Source: a virus
Taxonomy: Duplodnaviria; Caudoviricetes
Length of the DNA stretch: 31,244 nucleotides
IMG/VR virus record: IMGVR_UViG_3300032225_002140
Coordinates: 1 to 31,244 of that record
Direction: 5' to 3' (one strand)
The translations under genes were made by a program, and so were the position numbers. Each line of letters opens with the position of its first letter. Position 1 is the first letter of the stretch. This document shows, one piece after another, positions 24,753-31,244 of the stretch. Under the pieces are notes generated by a model that saw nothing but the letters and a program-made list of their open reading frames with translations, searched no databases and was not told the origin of the DNA.

Positions 24753-26803
24753 TATACTATTCCTCCTAATACGTTCCAAATGTTCGTATCTATTTTATAG
24801 CACTGAATAATTTTATATTGTCCAAACGTAGTTCTTGCTGATGGTAATATTGTAACTCCACTACCAGTAATTGCTGTTACTGATCCTGATCCTGCTTGTT
24901 CAATAGTAATAAAACTACCTGTAGCCATAGGAACTGAAGTGTTATCAGGTAAAGTTACAGAACAAGATACACTACTACTTATGCGAACTATTTTACTAAC
25001 ATCACTTGCTGCTAATGTATAACTACCTGTTTGTAAGTTAAATGTTACTATTCCTGTATTACCACCTCCTCCACCGTTTACAGCATATGATGCTGTTAAA
25101 GCATAGGATGCTGATACTGCTTGTCCTGAAACTCCTCCCATAGAAGCAACAGCATATCCGCTTGCACTTATAGGAAATGTAATAACAGCTGTATTAACAT
25201 TTGTTAATTGAATGTTTTGAGGTATAATTTGATTATATCCAAGATCATATGTTTGTACTATTACATTTTGGTTGTTTAAATTATGTGTAAACGTCCAAGT
25301 TGATTGAGTTGTAAAAGAAGCAGTAGCATTTGTTCCTGTGCTTCCTACATTTAAAGCATATGATGCTGTTCCAAATAATATACCACTTACTCTAGCACTA
25401 CCACTTACATCTAAATTATATAATGGATTTGGTTGGTTAATACCTACATATCCATTTGCTGAGCCTGATGATGCTGAGCTAGTGCTAAAATATGAGCCTG
25501 AACCAAATATTAGTCCTCCAATGTTAATACTATTGGTACTACCTGATGCTAAGGTAACGTTTGTACCTACTAAAATATTGTTGTTGCCTAATGCGCTGTT
25601 AAAGCCAGCATTATATCCTATAAATGTAGAATATGATGAACCAGATACCCTCCATCCAGCATATGGACCTATAAAAGTTGAATATGATGAGTTAGCTGCT
25701 GCTGCACCGGCATATATACCGAAAAATGCGCTACCAATGGCGTTAGCTGCGCCGTATCCAGCACTAGTACCTACTGCTGTTGAGTTACCAGCATTTGACA
25801 TTGAAATACCTGCTTGGTATCCAATAGCAGTCAATGCTACTGAACCAGATGCATTAAGACCAGAGTATGCACCTAAAAAAACTGCGTTTGATGAACTAGC
25901 GGCGTTAAGACCTGCTTGGTCACCTATATAAATTGAAGATGTGGATGCTACTGATCCTGAACCGGCATTGCTGCCTATATAGCTTGAGCTATTGTATTGG
26001 GTTATATTACCTATTACTTGTAAGCTACCAGTTATGATAGCTGAACCAGTATATGGGAATGGAGAAACATATCCGCTTAAATAGGATGCAGTTAAAGCAT
26101 TTATAGCATAAGAAGCGGTACCGAATAAACTTCCTGTAATACCACCTTGCGACACATTTAATGATCCTGTTAATATACTTGATCCGGTTATAATTAAACT
26201 ACCTGTTAATAATAATGTGTCAGCGTTTGTTGTAAAGCTACCAGTTACTAATACGTTTTGATTTAATGCATTTATACTTGATGCAGTAGAGGCAAATGAA
26301 GCAGATACTGCTTGTAAAACATATGATGCAGTTTGGGCAGTTACAACATAACTTGCAGTTTGAGCTAAGGTAACATATGATGCTGTAGCTACAGACATTG
26401 AAGATGTCTGATTACTTAAAATTGCATTTGAGCCGTTTACTGCTAAACTACCTGTTATTAATACACTTCCAGTAAATTGTTGAGTGTTAGCGGTGCTATT
26501 ACCAAATACATTACTGCCTGAGCTGTATTCTACAGATGCAGTAATAGTTTGTACTATAAGTGTTTGTGCTGTTATTGTGCCACCTACTGTAAATGAATTT
26601 GCATATGATGCTGTTGCAGCATATGATGCTGAAGTAGAGTTAGATATTGAGCCACTAAAATAAGACGCTGTTAAAGCGTTTGTAGCATAAGATGATGTAC
26701 CGAATAAACTTCCTGTAATACCTTGCGATACATTTAGTGACCCTGTTATTTGTGTGTTATTAAGCGCAATGATGCCATTGCGTGCTACGAATTCATTTGC
26801 CAT
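24752..26803 (-). CDS. Tail fibre / spike protein with TGS-ASYA repeats and a 17-residue beta-roll-like repeat block
   Basis: MANEFVARNG start, many ITGSL and TASYA repeats, about eight 17-aa repeats (e.g. SSYSTFIGPYAGWRVSG), a TWTFTHNLN domain and a C-terminal SYTLAASD...VTLP domain. Confidence 0.8.
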   Translation of the reverse strand: MANEFVARNGIIALNNTQITGSLNVSQGITGSLFGTSSYATNALTASYFSGSISNSTSASYAATASYANSFTVGGTITAQTLIVQTITASVEYSSGSNVFGNSTANTQQFTGSVLITGSLAVNGSNAILSNQTSSMSVATASYVTLAQTASYVVTAQTASYVLQAVSASFASTASSINALNQNVLVTGSFTTNADTLLLTGSLIITGSSILTGSLNVSQGGITGSLFGTASYAINALTASYLSGYVSPFPYTGSAIITGSLQVIGNITQYNSSSYIGSNAGSGSVASTSSIYIGDQAGLNAASSSNAVFLGAYSGLNASGSVALTAIGYQAGISMSNAGNSTAVGTSAGYGAANAIGSAFFGIYAGAAAANSSYSTFIGPYAGWRVSGSSYSTFIGYNAGFNSALGNNNILVGTNVTLASGSTNSINIGGLIFGSGSYFSTSSASSGSANGYVGINQPNPLYNLDVSGSARVSGILFGTASYALNVGSTGTNATASFTTQSTWTFTHNLNNQNVIVQTYDLGYNQIIPQNIQLTNVNTAVITFPISASGYAVASMGGVSGQAVSASYALTASYAVNGGGGGNTGIVTFNLQTGSYTLAASDVSKIVRISSSVSCSVTLPDNTSVPMATGSFITIEQAGSGSVTAITGSGVTILPSARTTFGQYKIIQCYKIDTNIWNVLGGIV

Positions 26804-26812
26804 TTATATTGT

Positions 26813-26836
26813 ACCCTGGTTCACTGTCCCCAAGGT
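26813..26836 (-). promoter_or_regulatory. 5'-leader stem-loop in front of the fibre gene
   Basis: Minus strand ACCTTGG-GGACAGTGAA-CCAGGGT: 7-bp stem with one G-U and a 10-nt loop, between the ATATTTATA motif and the ATG. Confidence 0.5.
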
Positions 26837-26846
26837 GTGGGTTTGG

Positions 26847-26855
26847 TATAAATAT
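26847..26855 (-). promoter_or_regulatory. Phage promoter-like motif ATATTTATA upstream of the 683-aa fibre gene
   Basis: Intergenic, about 44 nt from the start at 26803; the leader holds a hairpin. Confidence 0.65.
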
Positions 26856-26857
26856 TA

Positions 26858-27538
26858 TTAGATCAAGCCGAATCGTGATTTTAAGGCGTTGTAGTTTTGC
26901 AATTGTTCATTAGCAGATAATTGTCTATTGTACATGTACATACAAGCTATTCTTCCTTGAAATCCTCTAGCAGTATATCCACTACTTCCAAGATAATATG
27001 AAAAACTTAAAGGGAATGTACTTTGATTTGTTCTATATCCTCCAAATACGTTCCATCCGGAAACTAATGTGTTAGAAGCTTTTCCATTAACATAGTAAGT
27101 AGTTGCCGAAGGATTAGCCCAATCATTAGCATCACCTGGATTTCTAGATGTCATTGACCAAGGTCCTGTACCATCTACTGCAGCAAATCTTAAACTCTTA
27201 TCAGCAAGAGATGCTGCAGTATTAGTTCCTATTAATCCTGCAAGGGAACTTGCTTCACTTCTTGTAAAATCTGGTAGGATAACTGCTGTAAAATCTAGAT
27301 AGTTTTGGCTAGCAGTAGAAGAAATATAGTTTGAATCATTAGCGGTAGCAAAATTCATATAACTTTGTGCACCACTATTTACAAAAGCTATACTTCCTAC
27401 AATAGTTCCGTGTGCATTTTGACCACTTAAATCATTCCATGTAGTAGATCCACTTACATAGCTATTTCTATCAGCAGCATCTAATGCTAATACTAATCCA
27501 TTTGTTACTATTTTACCGAATGCGTATTGTGTTGCCAT
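26858..27538 (-). CDS. LamG / concanavalin A-like domain protein (array copy 1, divergent core)
   Basis: KIVTNGLVLALDAADRNSYVSGSTTWNDLSG...YNRQLSANEQLQNYNALKSRFGL. Confidence 0.8.
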   Translation of the reverse strand: MATQYAFGKIVTNGLVLALDAADRNSYVSGSTTWNDLSGQNAHGTIVGSIAFVNSGAQSYMNFATANDSNYISSTASQNYLDFTAVILPDFTRSEASSLAGLIGTNTAASLADKSLRFAAVDGTGPWSMTSRNPGDANDWANPSATTYYVNGKASNTLVSGWNVFGGYRTNQSTFPLSFSYYLGSSGYTARGFQGRIACMYMYNRQLSANEQLQNYNALKSRFGLI

Positions 27539-27544
27539 ATAACT

Positions 27545-28246
27545 TTATGTTAAGCCGAAACGTGATTTTAATGAGTTGTAGTTTTGTTTGATTTCTGTTG
27601 CTGATAAAGCTCTGTTATATACTTGAATGTTTGCTATATTACCATTTAAAAATCTTTGGTAAGTCCCACTTATAGAAGCAGCGCCTATAGATATAGGAGC
27701 TGTTGATGCTTGAGGTCCAGTAGCAGTTGTTGATGAATTAGATAAAGTACCGTTTACATATAAATTCCACGCTGTTCCCGTATATTGTCCTACTACATTA
27801 TACCAAACTCCTATTACAGTTGCTATAGGAGCTGTAGCTCCAAAAGTTTGATTTCCAGATAAAATATATGTTGAAGCTTGTAAAACATTAGGATTTACAA
27901 TTCTTAAAGAAAAACCTTCAAAAGTCCCATCATATCCTTTTTCATATATTGTTATTGCACTAGCAACAGCATCTACTGCATTAAATTTTACCCAAGCGCT
28001 TACTGTAGGTGTAGCTAGATTATTAATAGTAGAAGGAGTTCCTAAAATAGCATATTGACTAGTTCCATTAAAAGCAAAATTTCCATTACTATATGTAGGA
28101 GTTGCAATTAGAGATCCACTATTATTATTTCCACTAACATCACCCCATGCAGTTCCAGAACCAGGGTAGCTATTTAAATCACTAGCATCTAACTCTAATA
28201 CTAACGTTGAGTCTCTTACTATGTATGGTCCACCTGATATTCCCAT
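27545..28246 (-). CDS. LamG / concanavalin A-like domain protein (array copy 2)
   Basis: LVLELDAS, TVSAWVK, WYNVVG, LYVNG, LNGNIANIQVYNRALSATEI. Confidence 0.88.
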   Translation of the reverse strand: MGISGGPYIVRDSTLVLELDASDLNSYPGSGTAWGDVSGNNNSGSLIATPTYSNGNFAFNGTSQYAILGTPSTINNLATPTVSAWVKFNAVDAVASAITIYEKGYDGTFEGFSLRIVNPNVLQASTYILSGNQTFGATAPIATVIGVWYNVVGQYTGTAWNLYVNGTLSNSSTTATGPQASTAPISIGAASISGTYQRFLNGNIANIQVYNRALSATEIKQNYNSLKSRFGLT

Positions 28247-28248
28247 TG

Positions 28249-28923
28249 TTATGTTAAATTAAAGCGTGATTTTTGTGCGTTGTAGTTTTGTGTTATTTCT
28301 GTTGCCGAGAGAGCGCGGTTGTAGACATAACTAGTTGCTACATTAGCATTAATATATTGCGTTCCAGCACTTACTGCCCATCTGCCTATATTATATGTTG
28401 TATCTCCAGTAAAATAACCTGCTGCAGTTCTAGGACTACCTACTAATACTCCATTTTGATATGCACTTTGGACAAATCCTGAGGTGAAAGTAACAGCAAA
28501 ATAATTCCATTTATTTGTTACGGAAGATACTGTTGCTGATAAATCATCATTATACATACCAAATAAAAAACTTGTATCACTTACTAATCTTAAATGTATA
28601 GCAGTTCTATCTCCTGCAACAGAACCAACACTAAAATAAACATTAGTAGATGGAGTTACATTAGGGTATACCCAACATATAATAGTAAAAGGGCTACTTG
28701 CTATACTAACAGTACCAGATACATAATTAGTACTACCATTAAATACAATACTACCACCATTAGCAGAATTAAAAGTTGGACTATTAACTAGAGTTCCGTT
28801 ATTGTTATTCCCACTAACATCAAACCAAGTAGTTCCAGAACCAGGGTAGCTGTTTTTATCGGCAGCATCTAACGATAACACCAATCCATTTGTTACTATT
28901 CTAGGTCCATTTCCAAAACTCAT
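28249..28923 (-). CDS. LamG / concanavalin A-like domain protein (array copy 3)
   Basis: IVTNGLVLSLDAA, FTIICWVY, WNYFAVT, YQNG, YNRALSATEI. Confidence 0.88.
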   Translation of the reverse strand: MSFGNGPRIVTNGLVLSLDAADKNSYPGSGTTWFDVSGNNNNGTLVNSPTFNSANGGSIVFNGSTNYVSGTVSIASSPFTIICWVYPNVTPSTNVYFSVGSVAGDRTAIHLRLVSDTSFLFGMYNDDLSATVSSVTNKWNYFAVTFTSGFVQSAYQNGVLVGSPRTAAGYFTGDTTYNIGRWAVSAGTQYINANVATSYVYNRALSATEITQNYNAQKSRFNLT

Positions 28924-28924
28924 A

Positions 28925-29119
28925 TTATAATGTTATATCTCCTGTTAATGGTACTGCCTTATACTGTCTACCAGTTGTATCAGCGGCTTGCATAGCTGCT
29001 GCTTGTGCTTGTGCTTCTTCCTCAGTGTTGTAAATATATTCAGGATCTTCTGGTGTTAGACGAGCTACCCATATTTGGTCTAGTCCTGGGATGAATTGCA
29101 TTAATACTATGTATTGCAT
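28925..29119 (-). CDS. 64-aa hypothetical protein; paralogue of 23906..24076
   Basis: MQYI...RLTPEDPEYIYNTEEEAQAQA...ADTTGRQYKA; ATATTTATA lies about 20 nt upstream. Confidence 0.85.
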   Translation of the reverse strand: MQYIVLMQFIPGLDQIWVARLTPEDPEYIYNTEEEAQAQAAAMQAADTTGRQYKAVPLTGDITL

Positions 29120-29138
29120 GTTGTGTTATTTTATTTAT

Positions 29139-29147
29139 TATAAATAT
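29139..29147 (-). promoter_or_regulatory. Phage promoter-like motif ATATTTATA within the LamG array
   Basis: Intergenic, about 20 nt from the start at 29119. Confidence 0.65.
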
Positions 29148-29154
29148 TATTTTT

Positions 29155-29868
29155 TTATATTCCGAAGCGTCCTCGTGTTGCGTTGAAGTTTTGTGTGATT
29201 TCTGCTGCTGTGAGTGCGCGGTTGTATATTTTAAAAGAGGCACAATTCATAGTAATACAATACAAAGTATCATATCTCCATACTCCTATTCTTCCAAACC
29301 CACTATTGAAATTTCTATTAGCAGCACTTTCAGTGCCTTGTATTTGTGATAATGTTTGAGAAATAGCATTAATATATATTTTATTATTAGTATAAGTTAT
29401 ATCACTTCTCATTTCAAAAACATATTGTTTCCAATTATTAAGACATCCTAATGCTGCTGTTACTGTATTTGATATACCATATATATCACCAGCACCAGTA
29501 TTATAACCTAACCCATTATTGGTTGCTCCTGTCCATACATCATAAGAATACCAACCGAAAACCATTGTGTTTGTAAGATTTTGTATATTACACCATATCT
29601 CTACTGTTGTTGTTGTACCTAGATTAGGAACATAAAAATCAACATATTGGAGACTACTACTATTAAAAAAAAGATTGCCAGTATTGTTAGTACTAAAAGT
29701 AATTCCATTTATTAATGATCCACTATTGTTATTTCCACTCATATCCTTCCACGCCCCTGCATTCACCAAATCATTGTATGAATTTTTAGCTGATGCATCT
29801 AAGTACAATACTAAACTACTGTCCTTTACTATATTTGGTCCTCGCCATGTTCCGCTTACTGTACTCAT
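29155..29868 (-). CDS. LamG / concanavalin A-like domain protein (array copy 4)
   Basis: LVLYLDAS, TVEIWC, WKQYVF, IYIN, YNRALTAAEITQNFNATRGRFGI. Confidence 0.85.
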   Translation of the reverse strand: MSTVSGTWRGPNIVKDSSLVLYLDASAKNSYNDLVNAGAWKDMSGNNNSGSLINGITFSTNNTGNLFFNSSSLQYVDFYVPNLGTTTTVEIWCNIQNLTNTMVFGWYSYDVWTGATNNGLGYNTGAGDIYGISNTVTAALGCLNNWKQYVFEMRSDITYTNNKIYINAISQTLSQIQGTESAANRNFNSGFGRIGVWRYDTLYCITMNCASFKIYNRALTAAEITQNFNATRGRFGI

Positions 29869-30494
29869 AGTCCGAATCTTGATTTTTGTGCGTTATAGTT
29901 TTGGGTGACTTCTGCTGCGGAGAGGGCGCGGTTGTATATATTAACTATAGAAAAACTAACGTCCAATCCTTCAGTATTACTATATCTTGAAAATAAATTA
30001 ATATCATCTGTCATAGGAGCGTTTGCTATAACAACAATATTTTGCCAGCTACCAATAGTTTCTACATTAGCCCAAGAAATAGCTATACTATTTCCATTTT
30101 TGTATAAAGCGCCTGTAGCCCAATCAGATCCAAATGCACCCTGGTATATGTATCCATTTGCGCCTCCAGTTCTTGAATCAAGTAAATATCTATCAACTGT
30201 TCCGCTATGTTGATAATACCAAATAGACACTGTTGTTATATTATTTATTGATGAACAGTTTATTCTAGAAACATTACTTGTAGCGGTGCCGGATGTATTG
30301 GTCAATCTTATACAGTTTATATTTGCGGTAGAAGTATAAGCATATGTACCTGCTAATGTTGATGTAACGCTGTTACCAGAAATATCATATAGATTAGCTC
30401 CACTACCAGCATAAGAATCTTTCTTAGCCGCATCCAAATCCAGTACTAATCCGTCTTTGACTATACCTCCGTAATATGATATTCTTCCTGCCAT
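29865..30494 (-). CDS. LamG / concanavalin A-like domain protein (array copy 5)
   Basis: IVKDGLVLDLDAAKKDSY, TVSIWY, WQNIVV, YNRALSAAEVTQNYNAQKSRFGL. Confidence 0.85.
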   Translation of the reverse strand: MAGRISYYGGIVKDGLVLDLDAAKKDSYAGSGANLYDISGNSVTSTLAGTYAYTSTANINCIRLTNTSGTATSNVSRINCSSINNITTVSIWYYQHSGTVDRYLLDSRTGGANGYIYQGAFGSDWATGALYKNGNSIAISWANVETIGSWQNIVVIANAPMTDDINLFSRYSNTEGLDVSFSIVNIYNRALSAAEVTQNYNAQKSRFGL

Positions 30495-31207
30495 TATATT
30501 AAGCCAAAGCGTGTTTTTGTTGCATTATAATTTTGTTGGACTTCTGTTGCGGTGAGTGCGCGGTTGTATATTTGGACACTCGCCATAGAACCACTAAAAT
30601 AATTATTATCTACTTGTATAGCACCTATTTTCATATTAGTAGGTGAAGTTAAACTTTGAATACCTCCTGTTCCAGTGGCAACCTGTTGTGCATCTACATA
30701 TAATATTATATTTCCTGTAGATCTTACTCTAGTAGCTACCATATTATGCCATATATTATCATTATATGTTAAAGAACTAGTTATAGTAGTATCTGGAGTT
30801 CCTGTTCCAAATAGTATTTTACCTGCTCCCATACTAGTACCAAAATCATTAACTACATTAGATACTTCACAATCTACTAATCCCATTCCTCCATACCACT
30901 GAGGGAAACCTGATGCAGAAGCTACTTGATTAGTTTTAAACCAGCAACACAAAGAAAAATCATCTTGAACGGGTCTTGTTAGTACTACTGAACTACCACT
31001 TCCACTAAATACTATATTTCCATTATTAGTAGAACTATATGAAGCCGATACAGCATTTGATCCACTTACTGTTAATGTTCCATTATTTCCTACTCTGCTA
31101 ATATCATTCCACACAGCACTTCCACTTACATACGACCTAGAATTAGCCGCATCCAAATACAGTACTAAACCGTTAGTAACTATTTTAGGTGAATAATTAA
31201 ATCCCAT
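30494..31207 (-). CDS. LamG / concanavalin A-like domain protein (array copy 6)
   Basis: KIVTNGLVLYLDAAN, FSLCCWFK, WHNMVATR, LYVD, FSGSMASVQIYNRALTATEV. Confidence 0.88.
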   Translation of the reverse strand: MGFNYSPKIVTNGLVLYLDAANSRSYVSGSAVWNDISRVGNNGTLTVSGSNAVSASYSSTNNGNIVFSGSGSSVVLTRPVQDDFSLCCWFKTNQVASASGFPQWYGGMGLVDCEVSNVVNDFGTSMGAGKILFGTGTPDTTITSSLTYNDNIWHNMVATRVRSTGNIILYVDAQQVATGTGGIQSLTSPTNMKIGAIQVDNNYFSGSMASVQIYNRALTATEVQQNYNATKTRFGLI

Positions 31208-31211
31208 AACG

Positions 31212-31244
31212 TTATATTGATCTTATAATTGCTTTTACTGTCCA
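31212..31244 (-). CDS. 3' end of an upstream gene truncated by the window edge (...WTVKAIIRSI*)
   Basis: Open minus-strand frame ending in TAA 4 nt before the next ATG; only 10 codons are visible. Confidence 0.5.
   Translation of the reverse strand, partial: WTVKAIIRSI

Noticed and set aside
2177-24779. ORF-track N-terminal extensions (starts at 2209, 7553, 11327, 24779)
   Set aside because: They overlap upstream genes. Downstream ATGs at 2176, 7508, 11177 and 24752 sit just after the upstream stops and give more plausible N-termini.
930-30902. All plus-strand ORFs in the track (e.g. 930..1208, 13636..14064, 19484..19972, 25338..25931)
   Set aside because: Each lies antisense to a well-supported minus-strand gene and has no recognisable motifs, so they are treated as shadow ORFs.
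26858-31207. Diversity-generating retroelement acting on the LamG 3' ends
   Set aside because: There is no reverse transcriptase or non-coding template repeat in the window. The 3' ends are the conserved part, and differences between copies include C/T changes rather than being adenine-specific.
26858-31207. Invertase-driven shufflon
   Set aside because: All copies are complete genes in the same orientation; no inverted crossover sites or site-specific recombinase were seen.
1-31244. Stop-codon reassignment (alternative genetic code)
   Set aside because: Genes are full length and densely packed under the standard code, and TAA, TAG and TGA all end genes at sensible positions.

Overview
AT-rich, gene-dense fragment of a large contractile-tailed (myovirus-like) dsDNA phage. 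The host is probably Bacteroidota: there are two TTTG-N19/20-TAnnTTCA promoters, no obvious Shine-Dalgarno motifs, and GNVGIGTTSP-type fibre repeats. Every credible gene is on the minus strand. In transcription order (right to left) the window holds: (1) six tandem LamG/concanavalin-A-like adhesin paralogues with conserved ends and divergent cores; (2) TGS/ASYA-repeat tail fibres, one with a peptidase-S74-like chaperone; (3) a protein with a ~320-aa mucin-like Ala-Pro-Thr-Thr stalk, then several small ORFs; (4) tail sheath, tail tube, a gp26-like chaperone with an unannotated start-less gp51-like ORF reachable by a +1/-2 frameshift, tape measure, baseplate proteins and a hub protein with a C-terminal M15/LAS peptidase; (5) a replication block with a minimal, atypical family-A polymerase, gp32-like SSB, RecA/UvsX, 5'-3' exonuclease, DnaB-like helicase, thioredoxin and the 5' end of a class II ribonucleotide reductase. 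A recurring upstream motif, ATATTTAT(A/T), is the reverse complement of the T4 late promoter and marks most transcription units. All functional calls come from motif recognition by eye; no database searches were run.
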